DNA of 64,000 nt from Haliotis rubra (GCF_003918875.1 NW_025765214.1:1860001-1924000); one strand, 5' to 3'. Numbered from the stretch's first letter, positions 1-12,956 are shown. Notes: generated from the letters alone by a model not told the origin. Numbers and translations are program-made.

Positions 1-728
1 GACAGCATGTCAGCAAACATAATATACGCAACATGACTGATCAAACTTTACCTTGCATCNNNNNNNNNNNNNNNNNNNNNNNNNNNNNNNNNNNNNNNNN
101 NNNNNNNNNNNNNNNNNNNNNNNNNNNNNNNNNNNNNNNNNNNNNNNNNNNNNNNNNNNNNNNNNNNNNNNNNNNNNNNNNNNNNNNNNNNNNNNNNNNN
201 NNNNNNGAAAACNNNNNNNNNNNNNNNNNNNNNNNNNNNNNNNNNNNNNNNNNNNNNNNNNNNNNNNNNNNNNNNNNNNNNNNNNNNNNNNNNNNNNNNN
301 NNNNNNNNNNNNNNNNNNNNNNNNNNNNNNNNNNNNNNNNNNNNNNNNNNNNNNNNNNNNNNNNNNNNNNNNNNNNNNNNNNNNNAAAATACAATTAAGA
401 CATCCCGCATTTACAGACAGTGACAAGCCATCTGCACATCAGTGTGGATTATTAATGTACTGAACCGTCATTGCTCCCGAACTATCGTAACTCGATATGG
501 ACCACATAACATTCATGTTCCTCCAGTGCCCTGTTGTTTGACAGTCCTCTAGCGTCAAGAAATTATTTTATTCCAAAAGGAGCCGAACTAACCATGTTCA
601 TGACTGGAGGGAGATCGACTGAATGCATGGATGACGACATAAAGTGTGTAACTGCTACATTGATGAATGGATGTTCCCACTGATAGATGGCGTCGCGTAG
701 TATATGCTTCGGAGAATACACACAGAAA

Positions 729-893
729 GTGAGTGAGTGAGTTTAGTTTTACGCCGCTTTTAGCAATATTCCAGCAATATCACGGCGGGGGACACCAGAA
801 ATGGGCTTCACACAATGTACCCGTATGGGGAATCGAACCCGAGTCTTGGCGTGACGAACGAACGCCTTAAAAACTAGACTACCCCACCGCCCC
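729..893 (-). mobile_element. tRNA-derived SINE family A
   Basis: GGGCGGTGGGGTAG...GGTTCGATTCCCC head, (ACTC)n tail, TSD TACACACAGA. Confidence 0.9.
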
Positions 894-1401
894 TACACAC
901 AGAGAAATGGACTGAATGTGTGAATGTTGCTTAACGCTGCAGAACTATTCCTTTATGAAATCAAGTCTGGACTTGGAAATCCAGTGACTGAAAGCATGAG
1001 TAACATTCCAATCTGTAGGGTAGGGATGACGAAGTGAGACAAGCAGTGCTTGCCCTTAGCATGAAGAGATGCAGGCCCCAAGGACCCAGAACCATAAAAA
1101 GCTGTGGGTCCTGATCAGAATGTGTAGGCCCTATATTTTAGCTACAAAAAACAATATAAGTAATTCCCAGCAAACAAGACCATATAAATCTTGCGCGTCC
1201 GAGTGGTTTTCAGTCGGCTTCGGGCCTAGAGACCGACGCTGGAGACAAGTTATTAGTAACATAACATGACAGACAAGCAAGTCAACCGTTACGGAAAACA
1301 TATGATGCATTGGGGTCCTACTCTAACTTAGGTAGTTGGATGGACAGGGTTTTAAACAGATGTATGTAAATTCATACTTAAACAACTTTCTTTGTAGATG
1401 T

Positions 1402-1418
1402 CATCATCATCATCGTCG

Positions 1419-1486
<68 letters not shown>
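1402..1486. repeat. (CAT)n microsatellite
   Basis: Direct reading. Confidence 0.95.
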
Positions 1487-1487
<1 letters not shown>

Positions 1488-2245
1488 AGTACCTATATAT
1501 AACACTTCTAGCCATCTGTAGAGGCATATACCCATATATAGATTGGTAGTAGTAATATATACACAAGTAATCGGGAAAAGATGTGTAAGTTTGCTTCATG
1601 ATGTATGGGTATATATAGAAATGTTGTATGTCAAGATAACTGGTGGCTCACCGGGTCACATATACAAGATAAAATGACTCTGTATAACTATACAAACGTA
1701 GTCCTACTATTCCACAGTTGACATAAATTGTTATGCAGTATCAGTGACAGACACTGTCGATCCAAAAGAACAGTCCAAAAATATCTAAATGCCAGGAAAG
1801 AGATTCGTTTACAACACTTACGATTAGTTTCTGCCTGTCGACACTTGACACTTGCAGTGGATGTGTGAATGTGTCGTGCGAGCGTGCATAAGTCACGTGA
1901 TGAGAGTTCTAACCGCCATCACGTGACCATGTCTGCGACCAGCCTAACCTTTCGCACTGCATTGCTCCGTAGACTATGTCCGCTTTCAAAGAGGTAAATG
2001 GATGACTGTTTCCCGGTGTAGCGGACGTCACCCTTAAACCGGATGAATTTTCTTTTGTTGAAAAATGATCGACGTGTTTGTAAATATTGATGAATAATAA
2101 GTCTACATTTCTTAACCACCACATCTAATTCCTGTTTCAACGAAACCGAAATTGATGTTAAATTACTTTGTTCACATTCGTGTTCTCTCAGTGATGCAAG
2201 AAAAGACAAACTTTTTTTCACATTTTATCAGCTAGGATTTCACTA

Positions 2246-2479
2246 ATTGATCTTCAGTAACCCATGCTGGTCGTAAGAGGCGACTAACGGAATCGGGTGG
2301 TCAGGCTCACTAACTTGGTTGACACATGTCATCGTATCCAAATTGCGTAGATCGATTCTCATGCTTTCGATCACTGGGTTGTCTGGTTCAGACTCAATTA
2401 TTTACAGAACTCCGCTATATAGCTGGAATAGTGCTAAGTGCGGTGTAAAACTAAACTCACTCACTCACTCACTCACTCA
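2246..2479 (+). mobile_element. SINE-like family B
   Basis: CTTCAGTAACCCATGC..GTCGTAAGAGGCGACTAACGG...GCTGGAATA..GCGG.GTAAAACTAAACTCACTCA. Further copies near 4010, 21415, 26440, 37037, 43430, 49274, 50210, 50490. Confidence 0.88.
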
Positions 2480-2529
2480 CAGAACATCTTTGAATAAAGA
2501 TCAAGTAATCGTGATTGTTGTAAGTGGTT

Positions 2530-3630
2530 GATCACGTGTCATTGTACACCAAAACTTAAAGATATCGATATGTACTTGTCCAGTCAGCTTATTAAGTGTC
2601 ATTGTACACTAAATGTATCGATAGGTGCTTGTCCAATCGGGTTGTCAAGTCATCATACAGTAAAGATATCGATAGGTACTTGTCCAGTCAGCTTATCAAG
2701 TGTCATTGTACACTAAATGTATCGATAGGTACTTGTCCAGTCAGGTTATTAAGTGTCATTGTAAGCTAAATGTATCGATAGGTACTTGTCCAGTCAGCTT
2801 ATCAAGTGTCATTGTACGCTAAATGTATCGATAGGTACTTGTCCAGTCAGCTTATTAAGTGTCATTGTAAGCTAACGATATCGATAGGTACTTGTCCAGT
2901 CAGCTTATTAAAAAGTGTCAGGATTATTGTCCAGTCAGCTTATTAAAGTGTCATTGTACGCTAAATGTATCGATAGGTAATTCTGTCCAGTCAGCTTATT
3001 AAGTGTCATTGTACGCTAAATGTATCGATAGGTACTTTCATTGTACGTCCAGTCAGCTTATTAAGTGTCATTGTACGCTAAATGTATCGATAGGTACTTT
3101 CCAGTCCAGTCCAGTCACGCTAATGTATCGTACCGATGGGTACTTGTCCAGTCCACCTTATTAAATGTCATCGATAGGTACTAGTCCATAGGTACTTGTT
3201 CAGTCAGCTTATTAAGTGTCATTGAACGCTATATGTATCGATAGGTACTTGTCCAGTCAGCTTATTAAGTGTCATTGTACGCTATATGTATCGATAGGTA
3301 CTTGTTCAGTCAGCTTATTAAGTGTCATTGTACGTTTATCGATAGGTACTTGTTCAGTCAGCTTATTAAGTGTCATTGTACGCTAAATGTATCGATAGGT
3401 GCTTGTCTAGTCGGGTTGTCAAGTCATCATACACTTAAGATATCGATAGGTACTTGTTCAGTCAGCTTATTAACTGTCATTGTACACCAAAAATTAAAGA
3501 TATCGATAGGTACTTGTCCACTCAATTTGATAGGGCATTGATCGGTGCTTGTCCAGAGAGCTTATTAAGTGTCAATGTACACTGTAGGCATCCACTTGGG
3601 CTTTTCCAGGTCAGCTGATTAAGTGCCATT
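2530..3630. repeat. 53-bp minisatellite (~20 copies)
   Basis: TGTCATTGTACGCTAAATGTATCGATAGGTACTTGTCCAGTCAGCTTATTAAG repeated. Confidence 0.92.
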
Positions 3631-4467
3631 GCATATCTTTGGCACTCTTGGCTGCTGACACCACCGAGGACTAGTTTCCCAAACAACTAAGAACAGACCA
3701 ACACGGAAAATATATGTTTTGTTTTCACTTTTGTATTGTATTGTTTGGATTCAAGGTCTTCCGTCTGAAGGAAATATGTGTAATCGCTAAAACTATATAA
3801 CGTTTCCTTAAAACCACAAGGAAATTAAACAAAATCTATTAAAAATTGACACGACAAGGAAGCAGACTTGAAGGTCTTTAGAAACGGATCCTTGAATATT
3901 TATATATCATTTATTAGGAAATATCGCCAGTTTTTGTCCAAAATAAATTCAATTGCGAATACCAATAAGTGATGGTGATTCGTCAGCACCACATATTTGA
4001 CATACCGGGAGGAACCGGGTTAGCTCTGGTCTTCAGTAACCCATACTTGTCGTAAGAGGTGACTAAAGGGATCGGTCAGGTTCACTGACTTGGTTGACAC
4101 ATGCCATCGTATCCCAACTCTGCGTAGATGGATGCTCATGCTGTTGATCACTGGCTTGTGCGGCGATAAACAACAGCCAACCAACATATTTGACAAAGCG
4201 GTGACGTCAAAGGCGCCTAAGTAATATTCAAATATTTTCCTCACGGACTGACTGACTGACTGAGTTTGGTTTTACGCCGCTTTTAGCAATATACCAGCAA
4301 TATCACGGCGGGGGACACCAGAAATCTCCTCACGGAGGAAACGTTAACAATAGATAATCCTTCTTTGAGTGGCAAATTAGAAGCTGGTATGATGAAGAGG
4401 AACGAATTTTATAGATAGGCAACTTCTGTTATTGTAATAGATGCGACGTTTCGGTGTAGATGCTAAC

Positions 4468-4682
4468 AGTGTTATCATCACCTACCTGATAACGGTGTTA
4501 TCATCGCCTACCTGATAACGGTGTTATCATCGCCTACCTGATAACGGTGTTATCATCGCCTACCTGATAACGGTGTTATCATCGCCTACCTGATAACGGT
4601 GTTATCATCACCTACCTGATAACGGTGTTATCATCACCTACCTGATAACGGTGTTATCATCACCTACCTGATAACGGTGTTA
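4468..4682. repeat. 26-bp tandem repeat (~8 copies) inside an inverted-repeat element
   Basis: ACCTGATAACGGTGTTATCATC(A/G)CCT repeated. Confidence 0.92.
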
Positions 4683-5369
4683 ACTACACCATTGCAATAA
4701 AGAAGTTGTCAGTCTATAAAATGTGTTCCTCTACAGAGAATCTGTGTATATTATTTACCAAATACAGCTTCCATTGGCCATAAAAGGTAAAACAACGGCG
4801 AACACTACACTACTGATCGACCGAGATATGTGATGGTTCTATGTGGTCGCGAAAAGGGAAAGCATTTTCTCAGAGCACTCACTTAACAAAGCAACTTTCA
4901 AAACAGAAAAACACATTACACTCTACTGTAATTTCATCTCAGAGGAATGTCTTCGTCTGTAGGGCTATGGGTAATAACCATCAGTAAATATGACTGCGCT
5001 TAGGACTCAAATTAAAACTGAAATTAAAAGAGCCGGCAGCTTCTCTGCATTTGCGTACACTTTGCTCTTCAATTTGAAATACTCTTCTAGCTACAGCAAG
5101 TACAGACTGTGCTATCATAATACAGCTGACATTGGTATCAAGTAAACAAAGTTCAACGATAGTTGAACAGGATTGTTATTATGACATACTCTCATCCTTA
5201 TTCCCACGATGAACGTCCTATTGAATTGATACATTCTCTGATACCTCCCCCTTGGGCAGCGGAATATAATCTCAGTCACCATAATAACTTACAAACACAC
5301 ACCGACGCCTTTATTACATCAATAATTTCTCTTCTCCACTGTAGTAATCAATATCGACCATGAAGCAGC

Positions 5370-8160
5370 CAAACAGATATCTCTGTTTCGCTGTCGTTCT
5401 CCCTCGACTATCTCTGTTGCCTCTCCCTGTCTCTCTCTTTCCTTGTCGTTCTCTTGACTGTCTCTATCTCTCATCCGTCTCTCTCCCTGTCTCTTTTCTT
5501 GTCGTCCTGATTCTGTCCCTCTCTTTCTCCCTATCTTGTCTTCTTTCATTCTCTCTGACTGTCTCTATCCCTATCTCTCAGTTGCTCTCTCTCCTATCTC
5601 TCTTTTTCCTTTGTCGTTCTCTGCCCTTGCCTGCGTCTATCCCTATCTCTCAGTTGCTCTCTCTCCCTGTCTCTCTTTCCTTGTCGTTCTCTGACTGTCT
5701 CCCTATCTCTCAGTTGCTCTCTCTCCCTGTCTCTCTTTCCTTGGTATTCTCTGACTGTTTCTATCCCTATCTCTCAGTTGCTCTCTCCCCTGTCTCTCTT
5801 TCCTTGTCGTTCTCTGACTGTCTCTATCCCTATCTCTCAGTTGCTCTCTCTCCCTGTCTCTCTTTCCTTGTCGTTCTCTGACTGTCTCTATCTCTCAGTT
5901 GCTCTCTCTCCCTGTCTCTCTTTCCTTGTCGTTCTCTGACTGTCTCTATCCCTATCTCTCAGTTGCTCTCTCCCTGTCTCTCTTTCCTTGTCGTTCTCTG
6001 ACTGTCTCTATCCCTATCTCTCAGTTGCTCTCTCTCCCTGTCTCTCTTTCCTTGTCGTTCTCTGACTGTCTCTATCCCTATCTCTCAGTTGCTCTCTCTC
6101 CCTGTCTCTCTTTCCTTGTCGTTCTCTGACTGTCTCTATCCCTATCTCTCAGTTGTTCTCTCTCTCTCTTTAGCTCTGTCTCTCCCTCAGTTGCTTCTAT
6201 CTGACTTCGTTCTCTGACTCTCCCTCTCTTTGTCTCTCCCTATCTGTCTTCCCTGTCTCTCTCTCTTTCCCTGTCCTATCTCTTATTTCTTTCCTCACCT
6301 TTAGCCTCTCTCTCTCTTTCCTTGTTTCAAATTCTCTCTGACTGCCTCTATCCTCTATTTGTTCTCTCTCCTGTCTCTTCCTTGTTTGTTCTCTGACTGT
6401 CTCTATCCCATTCAGCTTACTCTCTGCCCTTTCCTGTCATCCCTGTCACTGTCTCTATCCCGCCCTCAGTTGTTTCTCCTGTCTCTCTCTTTCCTTTTGT
6501 CCATTCTCTGACTGTCTCTATCCCTATCCCTCAGTTGTTTCCTCTCCTGTCTCTTCTTCCTTTGTCGTTCTCTGACTGTTCTATCCCTATCTCTCAGTTA
6601 TTGCTCTCTCTCTCCTGTCTCTCTCTCTCCTTGTCCTTCCTCTGACTGTCTCATCCCTATCTCTCTCATTTGTTTCTATCTCCTTGTCTCTCTTTCCCTT
6701 TGGTATTCTCTGACTGTGTTTTCTGGTCCCTGGCCTCTCAGCTTGCCTCTCCCCTGGTTCCCTCTTTTCCTTGTCATTCTCTGACTGTTTCTTTACTCCC
6801 TTTATCTTTTCAGTTGTTCTCTCCTTGCTTCTTTCTTTCCTTTGTCGTTCTCTCTGACTATCTCTATCCATATCTCAGTTGTTCTCTCCCTGTCTCTCTC
6901 TTTACTTGTCGTTCTTCTGACTGTCTATATCCTCTCAGTTGTTTCTCCCTTGTTCTCTTTCTTTTCTTGTCGTTCTCTTGACTGTCCCTATCCCTATCTC
7001 CCGTTCTCCCTATCTCTTTCCCTGTTCTTCTGACTGTTCTTTATCCCGATCCCTATTTGTTTCTCCCTGTTCTTTCCGAGTCGTTCTTCGACTGTTCTTT
7101 ATCCTTTATCTCTGCTGTTCTCTTGTCTTCCTTTGTCCTTCGACTGTCTCGACCTTTATCCCTCATTTGTTCCCCTATCTCTTTATTTGTCGTCTCTGAC
7201 TGTTCTTTATCCCTATCTCGCTGTTTCTCCCTTGTCTTCTTGTCCTGACTGTCTCTTTATCCCTTATCCCCCTGTTGTTCTCCCCGTTCTGTCCTTCTGA
7301 CTGTCTTTATCCCTATCCTTTCCCTGTGGTTTCTTATCGCCTTCTGACCGTTCTTATCCCCTGTTCTCCCTGTCTCTTTCCCTTATCGTTCCCTTCTTGT
7401 CTCTTTATCCCTTATCCTCTTGTTTTCCCCGTCTCTTCTATCGCCCCACTTTATCCCCGGTTACCCTTCCCTGTCTTCCTTGTTCCTTGATCCGTTCTCG
7501 ATCCCATATCTCTTTGTTTGCCTTCTGTCCCTATCTTTCCTTTGTCGTTCTGACCACTTCATCCCTTATCCTCGCTTTCGTTCTCCTTGTCTGTTCTTCG
7601 ACCGTCTTTATCCCGCATCTCTTTATTTGTTCTCCCCGGTTCCTTTGTCCTTCTATCTGTCTTTATCCCTATCTCTGCTGTTCTCCCCTGTCTCTTCTGT
7701 CGCTCTGACTGTTCAACCTTTATCTCTGCTGTTCTCCTGTCTCTGTCCTCTGACTGTTCTGACCTATCTCTTGCTGTTCTCCCTGTCTTTTCCTTTGTCC
7801 TTTCTCTGACTGTCTCTTTATCCCTATCCCTCGCTGTTCTCCCTGTTCTCGACGTTCCTGACCGTCTCTATCCCTCATCCCTTGCTGTTTTCCCTGTTCT
7901 CTTTTCCCCTTGTCGTTCCTTCTGACTGTTCTTATCCTTATCTTTGCCGTTCTATCTCTCTTTCCTTATCGTTCCCTGACTGCCGACCTTGTTTCTCCTG
8001 TCTCTTTGTTCTTCGACCCTTTATCCCTTTATCTCGCTGTTTCCGTTCAAAATTTATCTCTCGTTGCCTTTGTTTCCTGTTTTCTCTGTCTTTGTTCCTC
8101 CCGACTGTGTCTGCCTCCATCTGTCTATCTTTATTTCCATGCCTCTTCCCTATTCCATTC
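5370..8160. repeat. 62-64-bp CT-rich minisatellite, decaying toward the right
   Basis: CTCTCTCCCTGTCTCTCTTTCCTTGTCGTTCTCTGACTGTCTCTATCCCTATCTCTCAGTTG. Confidence 0.92.
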
Positions 8161-9161
8161 TCCGTCCTGTTCAAAAATCATCCCCCAATTCTTCTTCTTC
8201 GAACCCTTCACGCAATCGCCCTTTACGCAAAACGATGAAAACATTTAATCCATTAAAACAAACAAACCCCAATCAAAATAATTTGTTTTACGTTTGTTTA
8301 TTTGTTTAACCCAGCATTCCAGCCGTAATAACCGACCCAGTTATCACGAACACCGACCCACGCAATAAACAATCCGTCAGCGACCCTTAAATACCTGATC
8401 TGCAGTCGCCCCTTTATTTATTTAACTGGCATCTGATAACGTAACTGGATTTGAACAATATAATTAACCCATTATCCACCTGTCAATATGTTTAATGGAT
8501 AAAATATTTGACACTTCCGTACGTTAACGCCAATCTGACGTGGTATGATTCTGTTCGTATTTGTCAATTAATAACTGATTCCACTGAAGATACCGTTTAT
8601 TTCTTTGTCACTGTTCTAACTGACACTGTTCAACTGGAATATACTTTATTTCTGTCACTAATAACTGGATAATTACTTTTAAAATCTTTATACTGTTCGG
8701 TTACGAAATTAATTAATTGTTGCTTTATCGTTCGGTTTTGTTACTGTTAACTGATATTGTTCAGGAGCGGAGAAACGTTTTTTGTTACTGAAACGACCCG
8801 AAAATTAAAGAATTGTTCATTTTGTTACCGAAACACCTGATACCTTTGAAAGATAAGGAGTAATTTTGTCATTTATTAATCTGATACCAGTGTTGTTATA
8901 TTCCTTTGTTCATTACCAGCGACCGATAATTTTGTTCAGGAGCGATAATTCTTTGTCAATTGTTCATATCGGTGAAATTATAATTATTTTCAGGAATTCT
9001 CTTTGATCTTACTCATCTTTGGTTCATATTGATTGGCTGTTTACTTTTCATCGTTACCAAACAAACCCACATAAGTTTATCTTCATATGACCACAGTGAA
9101 ACACAAACTATCCGATGTGGACTAAACTGGTCAGAAATAGTTTAGACAGTATTTGCAAGGA

Positions 9162-9256
9162 GGTGAGGTGAACTTGGTATGACTCGGCCGGTGATCGAAC
9201 CCGCGACCTTCCGCTCTCCGGGCGGACGCTCTAACCACTACACCACGGAGGCGGCT
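9162..9256 (-). mobile_element. 95-bp minimal family-C SINE (tRNA head plus tail only)
   Basis: 13-bp TSD GTATTTGCAAGGA (9149-9161 and 9257-9269). Confidence 0.88.
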
Positions 9257-9689
9257 GTATTTGCAAGGAAACTAGGGCAACTGACAAAGTTGAGACCGGT
9301 ATCGAAGCTCGGGAAAGAGACAGTTCTCGGTATAGTTCACACAACCGTCAGTCAAATTAGTATTTCAGTTGACAGTGACAGTGACAATGTACATATGTCA
9401 GATTAGAAGCTCCCTGTGTTCCGTGTAATTATGGTGACGAGTTGGTATGGACAAATAGATATCTTTTAATAGTATTTTTTGTTACGCTAAAAGAACAGTT
9501 CAGGCAACGCCCATCTCAATGTATGTATGTAGGTAAGGTATTAGGGCGTTTTGGGACCTAAAAAGGCATATATTGCCCCCAACACGTAAAAAGGTTATAT
9601 ATTTACATTGTATTTAAATTATATCACACTTCCCGTTTGTATGAGGAAGTCTAACACAGAATAAGTTTAACGCATGCAAGTCATACTTC

Positions 9690-11043
9690 AACTTCCGCTT
9701 CAGCAGTGCCCGGATGGTCATTGAAAATATATTTGGACGCTTCAAAGGAAGATGTAGGCGCATAACGTGTGTGAATCAGACCACATGTTCAACCCTGACT
9801 GGCTGGATGAGGTTGAGGTACATGATGGCGACCAAGGACCACAAGGTCAAGTTGATACCACTGGACAAGAATGTTGGACATTGGATGGATGATGGATTGG
9901 CATATGGTGTTCATGATGAACTGTAGCATACGCAATTGGTGTTCTCTGTCAGAAGCTTTCTGTCTTTCTCTTTTATCCAGTTTCCTTAGTGCAAGCTCTC
10001 TATTTTCTTTCTCTCGTCATTTTTCTCATTTCCAGCTCAATTTGTTTCTTTTCCAACTCAATCTGCCTTGTTTCAATATCTTCATTAGGTTTAGCAAACT
10101 AGTCCATGACAGTTTTCAAAGTTGTTTGCAGTTTGGGTTTTCTTTGTTTTCCTTTTTGTTTGTTTTCATATGACCATTTTGTTAGCCATTTTTAACACAT
10201 TCATAATCTCCTGGCTCAGCAAGTTCGACATCATCAGCAATGTTGTCGGTAACATGATCATCAGTAACTTCAAGATCAGATATGTCTGTATCTGATGCAA
10301 CTGACTGCTGGAGACTTTGAATGACATTGTTAGGTGATGTCGCAGGTCTTCTATCCAAAATTTAGCTGTTCATAAAATGTGCAGAGTTTTCGGGGCTGTC
10401 CACTCCTCTTAAGTGAATCCCTACACTGTCTATATGACTATGATTTTTAAGTGTTTTCGTTCTTTCTGTGCATTGTGTGGCCGTTTTCGCAAAGCCCAGT
10501 TCATGCATTACTTTGTTCACCTTTGAAAAACAGCTGTATCAGCTTTGAGGGGCTGTCCAGAAGGGACTGGATGGGCATGTCTCCGCAGATACAGAGCAGA
10601 CCCTTTGTCTCATCATCTGTCCAGGCTTAACCACGTCGTAAACGCTTGTTTATCGGAGGCATGTTGTTTCCAGTGTAGAGCTACAGATTAATGACAGGGT
10701 GGGTAGTGCATACCAACAACATACTTACCAACAAAATGCATGTCTAGATTTCCTGGAAAACCATTCCATTATAAGCAGGGATGGATGGTTCTATAAATGT
10801 ACCCCTGGTTGTATTTAGCTTGATAGACCGTTTACACGACACTTTTACCCCAAGGGGGTAGAATACCCCCGGGGGTAACTGAATTTGCTCCACCTCTTGA
10901 CCAGGGGCAGAATACCTCCCTGTGGGTATAATTTACCCCCCTGTTAGACCCGTTTATACGACACAATTTGCCTCTCAGGGGTATTTTAACCCCATGTGGT
11001 ATTTTACCCCCGGGGGCAAAGGGGTGTATGTAAAAAAGGCTTT
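9690..11043. mobile_element. Decayed PIF/Harbinger element remnant
   Basis: Plus-strand NFRFSSARMVIENIFGRFKGRCRR (HARBI1-type DDE motif) near 9690-9765; convergent minus-strand Myb/SANT-like WTDDETKGLL...KTATQCTERTKTLK near 10450-10625; GGGGTA/TACCCC-rich subterminal repeats at 10800-11043. Confidence 0.7.
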
Positions 11044-11449
11044 TAAGATGCTTCTATATATGGCCATTCAGGGGACAACATCATAACCTCAAGTCAAAAC
11101 AGCTTCGTCTCTACGACAACGCCCTACGAAGTTTAACATGTGCCGACCAGCAGTTTCGCTTTCCAAGTCAAGATATCAAAGATTGGTAACAATGAACGTT
11201 AAATGTTTAATTTGGAAATACAGATTTCTAAAACTGATTTTCCATGAAGGTCAATGGATACAAATAATAGCATATATCTAACTACCTCATATACAAACAT
11301 GCTCCGACTAACTGAATCCCTATAAACCAAAGTAGGGCTGACGGACAATAATTGAACTCATGTTTCCACCCAAACTTTAGTTGCATCATTAAAATGTCAT
11401 TTTGATGTATATTTTCAACACGTCGGTATAGTTTATTGTCATTTTAATA

Positions 11450-12956
11450 TACCCTCCCAAAAAAGAAACGCATATAGGAATTTCAACTGTATATTTATGT
11501 TTATTTTGAAAAATCTTGTAGGCTTTATGAGTCAATGAAATATAGCGAAATTGCACACTGGGAATGCAGACTTATCCGTCTTTGGCACCAACACCAGTTT
11601 GAGTGTCACATGGAGACCTGTGGTGGCGCTGAAGTCAATACCTCGAGTGACCACCGTGGGCATCCAGAACTGCACGGCATCGCCTCGGCATCGAACGAAT
11701 AAGTCTCAGAATCTCGTGTTGCCCACTCGCAGCCCACCCTGCCTGTAGTGCCTGTGCGAGTTGCTGAAGTGTCTGGGGCTGAGGGTTACGGCGTCGCACC
11801 CGTCTGTCCAGGGCATCCCACAGATGGTTTAAGTCCGGTGATCTTGAGGGCCAGGGGTGCACATTGATGTTGTGGTTCTGGAGGAAGTCCCTAGTGTGAC
11901 GTGCTGTGTGGGGCCTGGCATTGTCTTGTTGAAACAACTCCCTCTGGCGATCAATGATTGGAAGGAGGTGTGGGCGTAGGATTTCGTCACAGTACCGTTG
12001 AGCTGTCAGGTTGCCCTGGATCATCACCAAATCACTTCTCCTACGGCAGGTGATCGCTTCCCACATCATAACACTGCCCCGGCCGAATTTGTCCACCTGG
12101 GGAACGCAAGCGTCGGCGAAACGTTCACGTCGACGTCTGTACACCCGCATTCTTCCATCGCGTCGTTCCAATAGAAATCGTGATTCATCACTGAACCAGA
12201 TTCTACGTCAATTCGGTAGGTTCCAGGCCTGAACGTTGGTGCACCATTGAACTCGATGTCGACGATGTTGTTGTCGAAGCACAGGGCCAAAATAAGGTCT
12301 TCTGGCACGTAAACCAGCTTCTCTCAACCTGTTCCTGACGGTCTGTGCAGAAAACCTCCTCAATCCGGGTATTTATCGAGCGGTACTGGTCGCCGTAGCT
12401 GTTCGATGACGCAGGTGATGTACCCGGATGTAGCGATCCTGCGCCGCAGTGGTCGCTCGAGGTCGCCCACTACGAGGGGCATCTGCTACCGCATTCTGCC
12501 GGCGATATCTCTCCCAGAGCCGTGAAATGGTGCTTTGGTGAACATTCATGCTTCGGGCAACTGCACGTTGAGACTGGTCTGCTTCAAGCAAACCAATGGC
12601 GATATGACGGTTGGCTTCACTTAGACGTGGCATTTTGCGTCAACAATATTCCAAATACAGTGAATAATCGACAGACAGCGATCAACCTTTTATACCAATC
12701 ATTGAGACTATCTGATCCCCAACTTTCACGTGCATTGCATGTGAATTGTGTATTATGTGACACTACACGCCGAAATTGAAAATCATGCTGTTAACTACGG
12801 GTATTTAACGGATGGTGCGTTTTGTTGTGATGTTTCAAAACATAAACACCATAGGACTCATAAACACAGCAAAACCTTTTGTAAAATGAATCACGTTTTA
12901 ATTCATTGCTACATGAAATTGCTATTTTCATGATGCGTTTCTTTTTTGGGAGAGTA
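11450..12956 (-). mobile_element. Tc1-family DNA transposon, inactive
   Basis: TIRs TAC(C/T)CTCCCAAAAAAGAAACGCAT, TA TSD at both ends. Transposase 12633-11635 is in one frame with stops at 12375 and 12210; FSDES and QQDNA are present but PIE is deleted (DLN-HLW), removing the catalytic E. Confidence 0.95.

Noticed and set aside
10-463. ORFs spanning N runs (also 37308-40659)
   Set aside because: They are open only because of assembly gaps and (GTAGT)n repeats; the HYTTL peptides are repeat translations.
1336-1599. Poly-His / poly-Met ORFs
   Set aside because: Translations of a (CAT)n microsatellite.
4468-4682. CRISPR-like appearance of short regular repeats (also the 53-, 84- and 152-bp arrays)
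   Set aside because: No unique spacers, no cas genes, eukaryotic context.
5319-8309. Many Leu/Ser/Pro-rich or Arg/Glu-rich ORFs
   Set aside because: Products of the CT-rich minisatellite; no splice or domain support.
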